The notes under the pieces are model-generated. The model saw nothing but the letters and a program-made list of their open reading frames with translations, ran no database searches and was not told the DNA's origin. The position numbers and the translations under genes are program-made. A stretch of 64,000 nt of DNA from the human T2T-CHM13v2.0 reference genome, Homo sapiens, in NCBI RefSeq assembly GCF_009914755.1, contig NC_060926.1. The stretch is one strand, 5' to 3'. Shown one piece after another: positions 41,501 to 55,083 of this stretch. Within the stretch, counting starts at the first letter, position 1, and each line of letters opens with the position of its first letter.

Positions 41501-43020
41501 AGGATGTGTATTGTCAGATGGTGATAATGAGTAATGCATTGATATTGTTGGAAACCAATGTTCTTACTGTTGTAAAGGGAAACTGGAGAGAAGCAAGGAA
41601 GTAATGCAGTGATAAAATTTAATCCATATAAACTGATAATTTTTAAATGATTATATTTATTTTTTTAGTTTTGATACCAAATGGGTATCCAAATCAATAA
41701 TAGCTAATTCACAATGGACTTATGTAATGTCTGTGTATGGGGTTTTGAACACGAACACCGTTTTCTACTAAAAGGGACCAGGACTCCTTTATGAGTTGGC
41801 TGATTCCAGGTTGTGTAGAAAATACAAGGTAATCCTGGAATGTCAAGTTAGGTCTATAAACAAGAAAATATTTAGAGCAAAAATAAACAACTCATTAGAA
41901 GAGATAGAAAACAAAATTTAAAACAGTACAGGAAAAAAGAATGTATATGGGAAATCATAACATGGAGACACATCAAAATAACACAGGTACTAACTTGAAA
42001 GAATTACTGCTAGCTGAATGTGGGATAATTTGAACATCAAAAGAGATAATGACTGTACTGATTTTAAGCTTAAAACCAGTACTGAAGCTACTGATTGATT
42101 GATTGACTAAATTATGGCACACTCACACACTGAAGTGCCATACAACTCTGTAAAAATAAGAAAAATCTTTATGGATTTTAGGCTTAAAACCAGTACAGTA
42201 ATTACTATACTTAAGAAATGCAAGAATAAACAATTCCACAGTGATAATATTAAAAGGAGTTATTTTTTCTAAAGAATCCAGCTAATAATATAGAATGAAT
42301 ATCATGATTTTACAATCACTTTGCAATTGATGATGCAGGCAAAGAAAAAAAATACCCACAGATTCTTGAAGTTACCCTACAGATTAGTTACTAATTAAAA
42401 TAGAAGAAAGATGATTTCATAATGGAGAAATCTGATAGACAATAACTTAACCAAGCAATTAAACAACATTATAAATAATGGAATTAAACTGATACAGAAT
42501 ACATTCTGTGTCTCTTGATGTAATTCATTGGAAAGGCAGGGTATCTCTATGCAGAACTTTGCTAAAAATATTTAGCCTGAATTTAGTAATTAGAAAATAA
42601 TAACAGACCAGGCACAGTGGCTCATACCTGTAATTTGGGAAGCCGAGGCAGGAGGATCACTTGAGGCCAGGAGTTTGAGGGCAATACAGCAAGACCATGT
42701 CTCTAAAAATATAAGATAAAATAAAATTAGCTGAGCATGGTGGTGTGAACCTATAGGTCCAGCTACTTAGAAGGCTGAGGCAGGAGGATCACTTGAGCCC
42801 AGGAGGTCAAGGCTGCAGTAAGTTGTGATCATGCCACTGTGTTCTAGCCTAGTTGACAGAGAAAGACTATGTCTCAAAAAAAAAAAAAAAAAAAAAAGAC
42901 ACATGAGAACTAAATGCAGTATGTGTTCTTGATTGAATCCTGAATTTCTAAAGAAATCTATAACATATACTTTTGAAATTCTTAGAATAACCCTCCAATT
43001 TTAATATGGACCTTAAAATA
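41500..43020 (+). mobile_element. L1MC-type 3' region relic, resuming ~44210-44460
   Basis: gagttggctgattccagg, atggagaaatctgatagac, taaatgcagtatgtgttcttgattgaatcctg. Confidence 0.6.
42606..42897 (+). mobile_element. AluJ
   Basis: ggaggatcacttgagcccaggaggtcaaggctgcagt; diverged; A tail. Confidence 0.9.
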
Positions 43021-43024
43021 AATA

Positions 43025-43640
43025 TTATTTTCAACAACAAAGGAAAAAATAATTAACAAAGTGAAGAGATGACCTATGGACTGGAAGAAAATATTTGCAA
43101 ACCATATATCTGATAAGGGGTTAATATCCAATGTAAAGCAAGCAAAAAACATAAGGCCCAAAAAAATTTAAAAATGGGTAGAAGTTCTGAATAGAAATTT
43201 CTCAAAAAAAAAAATAAAATTGGCCAAAAGATACAAGAAAAGAAGTTCAATATCACTAATTATTACAGAAATACACTTTAGTATCCAAAGGAGATAGATA
43301 GCCCTTTCACACCTGTTTGAATGGTTATTATCTAAAAGATAGATAGATAGATAACAAGTGGTGTCAAGGATGTAGAGAAAGGGTAACTCATATACTGTGG
43401 GTAGGAAAGTAAATTAGTATATCCATTATGAAAAACAACATAGAGGCTCCTCAATAAACTAAAAATAAAATTGCCATATGATCCAGGAATTCCATTTCTC
43501 GGTATTTACTCAAAAGTTTTAAAATCAATGTATCAAAGAGATATCTGCACTCCCATGTTCACTGCAGCACTATTCACAATTACCAAGATATAGAAGCAAC
43601 CGAAACGTTCATTAGCAAAGGAATGGATTAAAAAAGTGTA

Positions 43641-43695
<55 letters not shown>

Positions 43696-44210
43696 ACAGA
43701 ATACTACTTAGACTTAAAAAGTTAAAAAAAAACTTATCATTTGCGGTAACATGAATGAAATTACAGAACATTATGCTAAGTAAAATAAGCCAGGCACAGA
43801 AAGACAAATATGTGCTCATTTATAAGTGGAATCTAAAACAATAGAATTCAAAGAAGCAGAGAGTAGAATAATGGTTATCAGAGGCTGAGGGTTTGGGAGC
43901 AATGGTAAGATCACGGTCAAAGGCTCCTAAGCTTCAATTAGGAGGACTGCTTTTTTTGGTGGGGGATATACCGCACAGCCTCATGAATACAGTGAACTGA
44001 AATGTATTATATATATTTGCATTTCAAAATCTCTAAGAGAGTGAATTGCAAATGTTCTCACCACAAAAGATAAGCATTTGCTGTGGTGAATATGTTAATT
44101 ACATTGATTTAATTATTCCACATTGTATTCCTCAATCATTGCATTGCTTTTACCCAATACATAGATACAACTATAATTTGTCCAATTATAATTAAAATAT
44201 AAAAATTAAA
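43025..44210 (+). mobile_element. L1MA 3' end with an internal (TA)n at 43645-43688
   Basis: ORF2 C-terminal and 3'UTR motifs (gatatctgcactcccatgttcactgcagcactattcacaat). Confidence 0.85.
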
Positions 44211-44539
44211 ATTTTTTCTGGTTGTAAAGTAGTATTTTTTTGCCAGGGAGAAGTATATATGATGGCACTCCCAAACCGAGGGCATCCTATAAAATAATTG
44301 ATCAGTACTCTTCAAAAGTTGTTAGGGATATAAAAGGAGAAAAAACTAATGTGCTGCCACAGATTTGAGAAGTCTAAGAAGACGTGATGAATAAATTAAA
44401 TCTTGGACCAGGAAAATTTTATTTCAGTATAAAATTATTTCAAAATATAAAGTATAAAAACATTAAAAATACCAATGAATTACAACTCAGAGTCATTTGC
44501 TATTGATTACTTGGAATTTTAGTATCAGTCTTCAATGTA

Positions 44540-44846
44540 TTTTTTTTTCTTTCTTTTTTTCTGAGACAGAGTCTCACTCTGTCACCTAGGCTGGAGTGCA
44601 ATGGTGCAGTCTCGGCTCACTGCAACCTTCGTCTCCAGGGTTCAAGTGATTCTTGTGCCTCGGCCTACTGAGTAGCTGGGATTACGGGTGCCCGCCACCA
44701 TACTCGGCTAATTTTTGTATTTTTACTAGAGATGGGGGTTTCACCATGTTGGCCAGGCTGGTCTTGAAATCCTGGACTCAAGTGATACCCCCTGCCTTCA
44801 TTTCCCAAAATGCTGGGATTACAGGCGTGAGCCACCAGGCCCCACC
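44540..44846 (-). mobile_element. AluS
   Basis: Antisense dimer with T-run. Confidence 0.92.
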
Positions 44847-45449
44847 TTGAATATTTAAAAAAATCATCATGTACCATGCTTCAGTATTTAAAGTCAATGA
44901 AGTTAAAAAAAATACCTAACATGTCTGAAATTATCGATAGGAGAATTAAGCAATTGACAGACTGTTGTTGAGTTACGAATGGTACATAAAAGTTAAGCAA
45001 CCAAAAAAAAAACAATTATTAATGCCAGGTAAAATTTAAAGATAATTCTTCTGTAAAATAAATTTAATTGAATAAGGTATAGCTCTGTTGTAAATAATAT
45101 TTACATACATAATAACATAATCACTTGATGTGTTTATATTATGTAACCAAAATTAGGATTCAGCTATATGAAGAGAATGAATGAACTTGTGATGTTGTGT
45201 GAAGTACAGGAGATAAAGTACTAAATCTCCATCTAGCATACTGGAAAATTAATAGATATTGTCCAAAATGGAAAAGCAAAATATAGGGTTCAAAACGTGT
45301 TACATAGAGATCTTCAGTAAATACCAGAGGAATCAGATTGAGAGTTTAAAGTGATTGCCTTAGAGCAGACCCTGCAAATTTTGGGAGTGAGCATTGATAT
45401 TGTTTATTATAAGAAGCTTAATATTAATAATAGCACCGGAGTCATTAAA

Positions 45450-46860
45450 AATTCACTGTATTCACTTATTTTTGGTTGGTTGCTCTCAAGTTCTGGAGCA
45501 CAGCTGTTATCCTAATATCTTTCTGCATTGTATTCCTGTGGGTTCCCAGCAGCCATTTTTGTTTTAAATATTCTGTTTCTTGGACCCCATATCTTGCTCG
45601 GTCTACTCTCTCATTTTGGTAGAAACATCATTGAGTAGATTCCTGAAAAACTTTAACATTTTGATACATTCAGAAAAAAATCAATACTCTAATTTCTCAT
45701 TTGATTGATACCAAATTCTAAATTAGAAATTATACTCCTTCAGAATTTCACAGGCATTATTCTGTTGATTTCTAACTTCTAGAAGTGATGCTGAGAAATT
45801 TCAAACTCATCGTAATTTCTAACCCTATGTATATCAGTTGTATGTTTTTTTTTTCTTTCTGAAAGCTTGTTTTTCTCTTTATCTGTTGTGTTTTGAAATG
45901 TCACGATATAATTTGGAGTGAGGCTATTTTCATCCAATGCTCTGGGCAATCAGCAGCAGCTTTCAAGATGAAAATCTATGTTCTTTAGCTCTGGGAAAGG
46001 TATTGGATGCTTTTTTTATGTCGTTTTTCTCACTTTTGTTTTCTCTATCAGATCTTACAGAAACTTACATTATTTGGATATTAGATCTCCTGGCCCGATG
46101 TGCTAATTGCCGTATCTTTTTCTTTGTTATGTTTTCCCATGTATGTTCTCTTTTCTCTACTTTGTTTAACTTTATCTTTTCTAGTGAGTTGTTTACTTTT
46201 GCCATAATATTTTTAATTCTCAAGACTCCTTTTACTCAAAAAGTTTTTAAAAATTGTATTCTGTCTTGTTTACTGAAATGATTTTTTTCCTTATGAGATT
46301 ATTAATGATACTTTTTATTTTAGAAGTTGCTTGTTTAATCTCTGTTTCCTTGCAGATGCTTTGTATTTATTGTATTGTTTTCAACTCTGTCTGGTGATTC
46401 CTAGTTGCATGTTCAAGATTCCTAGTTTCATGTTCAAGAGCAAGAGGATGACAATCTGTTTCAGTCTATGAAAACATATATGAGACTAGCCAGTCTTGGA
46501 CTTCACTCTGATGTAATTTAACCAAGCTGTTTCCTTGAGGGAACCTGATATTAATATCTTTACATCTTCCCTTTTCTGTAGGCTACATTTCAAAGACAGA
46601 TATGTTCTGATCTTGCTCCCAATCTCTTTCAATCCAGAGTCCCTCTGGTAAATATCCACAAGACAATAAACTTCTGATCTGCTAGAGCGAGTGGGGGCAA
46701 CTGCACATCTGTCTAGAGGACGGAAAGGAATCTGGGGCCTATTTATTCAAAAATGTCTAGAAAATCACCTGGATTTTAGTCTGAGTTTCGACTTGAGAGT
46801 TACCTGTAGATACCATTTCTTTAGTCTTTTGCTAGTTCTGCAGTGTGGATTGCTTTGTGC
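45450..46860 (-). mobile_element. Old L1ME-type relic
   Basis: ccttcagaatttc...gatgctgagaaat; atttggatattagatctcctgg. Confidence 0.55.
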
Positions 46861-46870
46861 ATTTCCTTAG

Positions 46871-47625
46871 TTAAAACTAAGCTCTGATTTTTTATCTTGC
46901 CCAAATTCCTACCTAAGGGGTCTAGGGAGTCATGCCGTACAAACTGTAAATTCTCATCAGATGGGTTTTATTTGACCCTATATATTATGACTTACTTTTC
47001 AATCTGACTCTGGCATAACATTACGAGACAAGGAAAGAAATATTTAGCCCCAAAATGTATTTCCTTACTATACCTTGAAATTGCCCTGCAAAGTCTGTTG
47101 TGGGAAAAATCCACATTCTATAGATAATCTCCTTTCCCATTTGTTTTCCTTCCTCTCTTCCCAGATCTAGGAGATAATCAACTAAGAGCCAGGCACCCTT
47201 TTAAGTGAGATAAGAAACAATTTACAACCTGCTCTCTCTGAAGTCTCCGATCTGAGAGCTTCCTCTGCACAATAAAACTTGGTCTCCACAATCCTTTATC
47301 TTTAACCTGAACATTCCTTTCTATGGATACCCGGTCTTTAGACAAACTCAACTGACTGTCAACCAGAAAATGTTTAAATCTTCCTATAGCTGGAAGCCCC
47401 CGCTTTGAGTTGTCCTGCCTTTCTGAACAAAACCAATGGATTTCTTAAGTGTATATGATTGACGTCTCATGCCTCCTGGAGCTATATAAAACCAATCTGT
47501 GCCCCAACCACCTTGCACATGTTCTCAGGACCTCCTAAGGGCTGTGTCATGGGCCATGGTCACTCATATTTTGCTCAGAATAAATCTCCTAAAATATTTA
47601 CAGAGTTTGACTCTTTTCATTGACA
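46871..47625 (+). mobile_element. MER4-family (MER4E-like) solo LTR
   Basis: ctaagctctgattttttatcttgcccaaattcc...cagaataaatctc...gactcttttcattgaca; 4-bp TSD ttag (46867-46870 and 47626-47629). Confidence 0.85.
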
Positions 47626-48261
47626 TTAGCATTGACTGAAGATTTCGCTTCCACAGGTTTGCTAAATTGCTTATTACTTGACCTTCTATTAAGCAGCTTT
47701 TCAATTGTTACTGCTGTAAGTAATTGTAACTGCTGTTACTTTCTAATTCAATTTGTCACTCTGTGTTCATGCCTTTTAAAAAATTTTCTTAATTATTGTT
47801 ATTTAAGTCAGTGTAAAAGAATATACAAGTGAATTCATGTACTTAAACAGCCATATTTATCTGAAATTCTTAGAAAGTTTCTTGAGGCCTGAATTAGTTG
47901 TCATTATAACTCATGATTTTCTCTTATCCTGTGGTCAGTCAGCCTCATATGCATGAGTCCTTAGGAATCAAGCAAGCAAAGGAATTAGATTGTTAGGGCC
48001 CTTCAGAGAACAGAAAGATGTTTTATGACTTCGAGAAAAAGGTAATTATAGTACGGAAATACATACGTGAAAGGACTTACAGATCTTAACAATCCCAGGG
48101 TGAGAATGATATGACTTCTGTGGAACTGATTACTGCTATCTTGCCGTATTAATGGTACTTAGTGAAGCAATTGACAATTCCTCAACCACTCTATGGAAAG
48201 GCAGAAGTGGAAGGAAATATTGCTTGTGGGCAGAAATACATATGCACACTTACTTACCTTT

Positions 48262-48410
48262 ATACTCATGCACACAAAACGAGGTTTCAGTTAACAAGAG
48301 AACAAATGTACAAGGAAGCTCTCATAAAATTAAAATGGAGCTAAAAAATTCCTATTGCCTAGTGACGTCATAGTCATTGTAGTGTTGTAGCACAGTGCAC
48401 TAACTTTTCC
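48262..48410 (-). mobile_element. Tigger3 terminal fragment, opposite in orientation to the next element
   Basis: aatggagctaaaaaattcctattgcctagtgacgtca, the reverse complement of the ~49930-49960 region. Confidence 0.7.
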
Positions 48411-48529
48411 TGACAACTATTAAAGAATAAAAAGTTTATAAAAGTTCAAATAAGATGCCAATATCTCATCAGTTTCACTTCCTCCTTCCTTACAATGATT
48501 TACAAATAAAAAATACAGTCATTAAAAGA

Positions 48530-50032
48530 TGGTCATGAGTGGTTTAACAATGGGGATTCTTTCCGAGAAATCCATCATTTGGTGATTTTGTCATTGTGTG
48601 ATCATAGAGTATACCTACATAAACCTACATGGTAGAGCCTACTACATACCTGGGCCATGTGGTGCTGTCTATTGCTCCTAGGCTATAAACCTGTGTGGTA
48701 TGTTACTGTACTTAATACTGTGGGTGATTGTATCACAATGGTAAGTATTTATGTATCAAAATATATCTAAACATAGAAAGGGTACAGTAAAAATGCAGTA
48801 TGAAAGATTAAAAATGCCACACCTCTGTAGGGCACTTACCATGAATGAAGCTTGCAATAAAGCAAGTTGTTCTGGGTGAGTCAGTGAGTGAGTGGTGAGT
48901 GAATATGAAGACGTGGGATGTTACTGTACACTACTGAAGACTTTATAAACACTGTACACTTAGGCTACATGAAATTTATAAAAAGATATTTTTCTGTGTT
49001 CAATAATTAATAATCTCAGCTTACTGTAACTTTTTTATTTTATAAGCTTTTTTAACTTTTTGACTCTTTTGTAATAACTTAGCTTAAGACGCAAACATAT
49101 TGTACAGTTGTAAGAAATATTTTTTCTTTATATCCTCATTTTATAAACTTTTTCTGTTTTTAAATTTTGAATTCTTTTGTTCTTTACTTTTCAAACTTTT
49201 TTGTTAAGAACCAAGACAAAACACACATATTAGCCTAGGCCTACACAAGGTCAGGATAATCAATATCTTCCACCTCCATATCTTGTCCCATTGGAGTATT
49301 CAAGGGGAATAACAAGCATAGAGCTGCCATCTCTTATGATAAAAATGCTCTTTTCTGGAACACCTCCTGAAGAACCTGCCTGAGGTTGTTTTATATTTAC
49401 CTTTTGTAAATAAGGTGGAGTACTCTCTAAAATAACAATTAAAAAGTATAGTATAATAGATACGTAAACCACTAACATAGTCATTTATTATTATTATGTA
49501 CTGTACATAATTATATGTGCTACAGTTTTTTAACTTTTATTTTAGGTTGGAGGTACATGTGCAGGTTTGTTACATAGGTAAATTTATGTCACATGGGATT
49601 GTTGTACACATTATTTTGTTGTCCAGGTACTAAACCTAGTTAGTACCCTATAGTAATTTTTTATGCTCCTCCACTCTCCACCCTCAAGGAGGCTCCTTTG
49701 TCTGTTGTTCCCTTCTCTGTGTTCTTTAGTTCTCACCATTTAGCTCCCACATATGAGTGAGAACATGTGGATGGAGCTGGAGGCCATTATCCTTAGCAAA
49801 CTAACACAGGAATAGAAAACCAAATACTGTATGTGCTATAGTTTTATATGACTGACAGACAGCACAATAAGTTTACACCAGAATTACAAAAAATATGTAC
49901 ATTGCACTATGACTTTATGACAGCTGCATCATTAGGCAATAAGAATTTTTCAGCTCCACTATGATATTGTAAAACCACCATAATATATGTAGTCCATCAC
50001 TGACCAAAACTTTGTTATGAGAAGTGTGATTA
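48530..50032 (+). mobile_element. Tigger3b-like DNA transposon interrupted by an L1
   Basis: ggtcatg...ttccgagaaat...aaacctacatggtagagcctactac...tgaccaaaactttgttatg. Confidence 0.85.
49527..49830 (-). mobile_element. Short older L1PA 3' end with 5' inversion
   Basis: Antisense 3'UTR to 49769, sense piece 49770-49830; TSD tatgtgcta(c/t)agtttt at 49514-49529 and 49830-49845. Confidence 0.85.
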
Positions 50033-50164
50033 CATATACATACATATAAATACCCTACCACACATAGATATACATACACAAACATGTATAAATGTATATT
50101 TGCGTGAATTATATATAAGCCCATATATGTGTATGTATAAGCCATATATTCGTATGTATGAATA

Positions 50165-50646
50165 TGATTTGTTTTAAACATTTGGCTCACAAAATTATGA
50201 AGGCTGGCAAGTTTGAAATATACAGGACAGGACAGGCCAGCAAGCTGAAAACTCAGGCAGGTGTTGATATTCCAGTCTTGAGTCCAGAATTTTTTGCGTG
50301 AGCCAGCAAGCAGCAAACTCAGACAAGACTTTGTTGTAGTCTGAAGTTTGAAACCTGAAGGGAATGCTGGAAGGCTGGAAACTCAGAAGGGATTTCTATT
50401 TTGAAATATGGAGGCAGAATTTCTTTGCCCTGGGAAACAAGAGATTATGCTCTTAAGGTCTTCCATTGGTTGGATGAGTTCCTCTCATTATTGAGGGTAA
50501 TCTACTTTACTTAAAGTCAACTTATTGTAGACATTATTGTAGACTAGTCACACCTACAAAATGTCTTCACAGCAACATCTTAGCTGAGTTTGAGCAAATT
50601 ACAGGGCATAGCCTAATCAAATTGACCCATTTAGTTAACCATTACA
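50165..50646 (-). mobile_element. MLT2 (MLT2D-like) ERVL LTR
   Basis: ttggctcacaaaattatgaaggctggcaag...ctttacttaaagtcaact...ttaaccattaca. Confidence 0.8.
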
Positions 50647-50699
50647 TATCCTATCCTTCAAAATGTCTGCCTTTTGATGATCAATTCTGCTAAATGTAA

Positions 50700-53600
50700 T
50701 AAGAAATCAATCAAATCTCAATGACATTTTTAAAGATACTGATTTAGGTCATAAAAAATGAAGACATAAAACATTTCCTATATGCAGAAAAAAATGATTG
50801 TCACTGTAGATAATCCAAAGAATCTACGAAAAAATCTCCAAAACCCAGAACTAGAACCTAGCATTGTCACAGGCTACAAGGTAAATGAACAACAATCGAT
50901 CGTAATTCTACATACAAACAGTAAAACATTTGAGTATAAAGCCAACAAAACAGGTGTGAGACATGTATAGGGAAACTAGAAAATTTTGATCAAAGATATT
51001 AAAAATGACCTAAATTAACTGAAACAGATGCAATGTTTATGAATTAGTACACTCAATACAGTAAATATGTCAATAGTCGAATTGATATACAGGTCCAATG
51101 CAATTCCTGTCAAAATCCCAGCAAAATTTATATTCATGTAGACAATGTTGCTCTAAAATTTATGTGAAAAGACAGAGGAACTTGTAAAACTAAAATAATT
51201 TTGAAAAACAAGAATAAGGTGAGAAGAATTAGTCTACTCAAGTTTAAAACATGTTTAGCTGTAGCCATCAAGAATATGTCGTATTGTTGGAGCGATAGAT
51301 ACATAGCTCAATGAAACAGAATAAAGAACCCAGAAATAGACCTATACAAATATATAAACTAATTGTGGAGAACAATGAAGAAGCAATTCAATGGACAAAA
51401 GATAACCTTTCAACAAATACTGCAGGAGCAACGGGATATTCATAGGCACAAAATTAACTTTAGTCAAAGGCCCACACATTATACAAATATTAACTCAAAA
51501 TGGGTCTTGGATTTAAATGTAGAATGTAAAACTGTGGGAGATCATTCAGAGTGGCAGAAGAAATTATAGGAATAGAAAGAAGCAAACCTTCCTGGAAGGC
51601 CAGGGAGTTTTGCATAGCTTCAGATAGTTTGGATGAAGGCAGCCATAGTCTCCTTGCATATCTCCAAACATAGGGGATAATCTTTGATATATATGGGATG
51701 GCAAAAAGTTATTTGACTGAATACCAAAAGTATGATTCATGAAGGAATAAATTGCTAAACTGTACTTAATCAAAATTTAGATTATTTGTTTGCTCTGTTC
51801 AAGATCCCATCAAGAGGTGCAAAAACAAGCTATGATTTGCTGACACATATCTATCAAAGGACTCACGTCTAGAATATATATTGCAGTGTAAAATGATGCA
51901 ACATTTCTGGAAAACAGGTTGGTGATTTTTCAAAAAGCTAAATGTACAACCACCATACAAGTCAGCAGTTTCGCTCATGGACACTTATTCCAAAAAATAG
52001 TAAAATAATAAAATTATGCTAACACAAAAGCTTGTACATGAATGCTTGTAGCAGAGTCATTCACAACCGTCAAAAGCTGGAAACAACTCAAATGTCCTTC
52101 AGTAGGTAAATTATTTAACAAACTGTGGTGTGTACATACAATGAAATACTGTTTGGCAATAAAAGTAAATAAGGCTGATGAACCCTCACAGAATTATCTC
52201 AAGTGAAATAAAGATAATCCCAAAGTTTACATACTGCATAATTCCATTTAAATAATGTTCTTGAAATTATGATATTATTTCAAGATATTATAGAAATTAA
52301 TATATTTGATAATGTAGATAAAATTATATTATAGATATTATTATCTGAAAATATTAAGAAATGATAATGTAGAAATGGAGATTACTTCTGCATACATATA
52401 ATTATAAATAATTTTATAATGATAATGGTATTATAGAAATTCTGATAATATTATAGAAATGGAGAACAAATTGGTGATTGCCACAGAATAAAGGCATGGA
52501 ATTGGGATAGGAGGGAAGTGAGTGTGGTTTTAAAAGGGCTACATGAGGGATCGCATCATGGTGGAACTGTTCAGCATCCTGACCCTATCAACGCTAATAA
52601 TGTATTTATTTGTGATACTGTACTATAATTTTGCAAGATATACTATGAGGAGAATTGGGTAAAAGACACACAAGATCTCTGTATTTTTCTTCACAACTGT
52701 TTGCAAATTTACAGTTATATCAAAATTAACAGTTTAATTTTAAAAAATGAAAGATCTTTGATGATAAAAATCAAAGAAAACCAAACAAACTGGAGATATG
52801 AAAGAAGTACATTGAAAGATTCAATATGAATAAATTTCAATATTTCCAAATTAATTTTTAGATTTAATGCACTTCCAATTATAATTTCAGCCCAATGTTT
52901 TTATAAAGGCAGGCTAATTGTAAAATCTATATGAAAATGAAAGGTATCTAGAATATTTTAAGCAATTTTCATAAGTAGAACAAAGATTGAGGCCTTATAC
53001 CACATCACTTTTAGAGCTAATCTAAAGCTACAATAATTAAGACTGTGCAGAAGTAAGACTAGTATACATTAATAGATCATGGAAACAACAACAAGAAATA
53101 TTTATTCAGTTATTTTATTTTTAATAACATTACCAAAACAATCCAGTAAGAAGAAAATATTTACCACAAGGATGCTATAACTAAATGTCCGCAAGGAAAA
53201 AAAGGTAACTCAACCACTATCCAATATCATACACATAATTTAATTTGAGATAAACCATATTTTTAAAATAAAAATAAAAATAAACTTTCTACAAGAAAAC
53301 ATGATGTGATATATTTATATGTGATATATAAAATGTGATATATTTATATAATAGGGTACTGTTAATAAATGAAAGGGACAATTGCTAATAACAAAAAGAA
53401 AGATGAATTGCAGAAGCAGTATGCTAAATAAAGCAAGTTCTATATGAAAGAGTACACACTGATTTCATTTATATGAAAGTTTTTTAACTGGCAAAACTAA
53501 TGTATAAAAAAATCAGAGAAGTCATTGCCTCTGGTATCAGGGTCATTAAAAATCCCACATAAATGGCATTATAAAATTCTCAGAAATAATGGTATTGTAT

Positions 53601-53710
53601 CATATTTTGATAAAGATTTGAGTTTCACAGGTGTTTATACTTGCTTAAGCTCACCTAGTTGTGTGCTGGAGTTTGTATAATTACCTACATGTAATTTTGT
53701 TTTCTAAAAA
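50700..53710 (+). mobile_element. L1MD/L1ME-type ORF2 and 3'UTR relics
   Basis: gaaacagaataaagaacccagaaatagacc; tactgcataattccattta. Confidence 0.75.
51533..51651 (+). mobile_element. 5' fragment of an LTR22-like (HERV-K HML-5) LTR
   Basis: tgtgggagatcattcagagtggcag...gcaaaccttcctggaaggcc...gaaggcagcc interrupts L1 ORF2. Confidence 0.6.
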
Positions 53711-54665
53711 ATAGCTAGCTAAAAAATATCCACAAAAGAATGATGCCACAAGATGGCCAGGTAGAGGCATCTGGAGCTTGTACCCTTCAATAAGAAAGGA
53801 ACAAATTAAAATAGAAATGAAACATACAAAAGCCTATTAGGTATTAGCCAATTGCTTCACTACTGGGCATAGTGAAGCAGTATTAAGAGGCAAGTGTATA
53901 GCAATAAATATATTCATCAAAAAAGTAGAAAGATTTCAAATAAATGACATCATGATGCATTTCAAGAACTAGAAAAGCAAGAAAAAAATGAAACCCAAAA
54001 TTAGTAGAAGGAAATAAAGCATAAAAATCAGGACAGAAATAACCAAAATTGGGACCACAAAAAAGTAGAAAAGACCAATGAAACAAAAAGTTGGTTTTCT
54101 GAAAAGAAAATTAACAAATCATTAGCTAGACTAAGGAAAAAAGAGAGAAGACACAAATAAAATCAGAAACCAAAAAGGAGACCTCACAACTGATACAACA
54201 GAAATACAAAGGATTATTAGAGAATATTATGAACAATACACCAATAAATTTGAAAAGGTGGAGGAAATGGATTAATTCCTAGACACATGCAACCTATCAA
54301 GATGGAACTCAAAAGAAGTAGAAAACTTGAACAGACCAATCACAAGTAATGCGTTTGAACCAGTAATGTCTCCCAAGAAGAAAAAGTCCAGGAAGGGATG
54401 AAGTCACTGCTGAATTCCACTGCAGTTTTGAAGATCTAATACTGATGATTATTCTCAAACTATTTCAAAAAATTGAAGAGAAGGGAATTCTTCCAAACTC
54501 ATTCTACAAGACCAGCATAATCTTGGTAGCAAAAACAAGGACACGAGAAAAACAAACAAAACAAACAAACAAAACCCTATAGTCCAATATTCCTGATGAA
54601 CTTAGGTAAAAAGTGCTCAGCAACACGTGAGCAAAACAAATCCAATAGCACATTAAAAAGATCAC

Positions 54666-55083
54666 TGCATCAGTCTATTTACATTGCTATAAAGAAATAC
54701 TTGAGGCTGGGTAGTTTACAAAGAAAAGAGGTTTATTTAGGCTCATGATTCTGCAGTCTGTGGTGTAGAAGTGTGGTGCTGCTATTTGCTTCTGATGAAG
54801 GCTTCAGGAAGCTTACAATCATGATGGAAGGAGATGTGGAGCAGGCGTATCGCATAGTGAAAGCAGTAGCAGAGTCGAGGAGGTGCCCCTGCTACTCTCT
54901 TAAACAACCAGATCTCATGTGAGCTATGAGTGAGAATTCACTTATTACCACAAGGAGGGCAACAAGACATTCATGATGGATCTACTCCCATGACCCAAAC
55001 ACCTCCCACTAGGCCCCAGCTCTAACAGTGGAAATCACACTTCAACATGAGATTTGGAGGAGACAAATATCCAAACCATATCA
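54666..55083 (-). mobile_element. MST (MSTB-like) MaLR solo LTR
   Basis: acattgctataaagaaatacttgaggctggg...ccaaaccatatca; TSD atcac/atcat. Confidence 0.88.

Noticed and set aside
49915-50316. 133-aa ORF sharing ELKNSYCL with the ORF at 48152
   Set aside because: The similarity comes from two oppositely oriented Tigger3 ends; the ORF spans MLT2, a microsatellite and Tigger3
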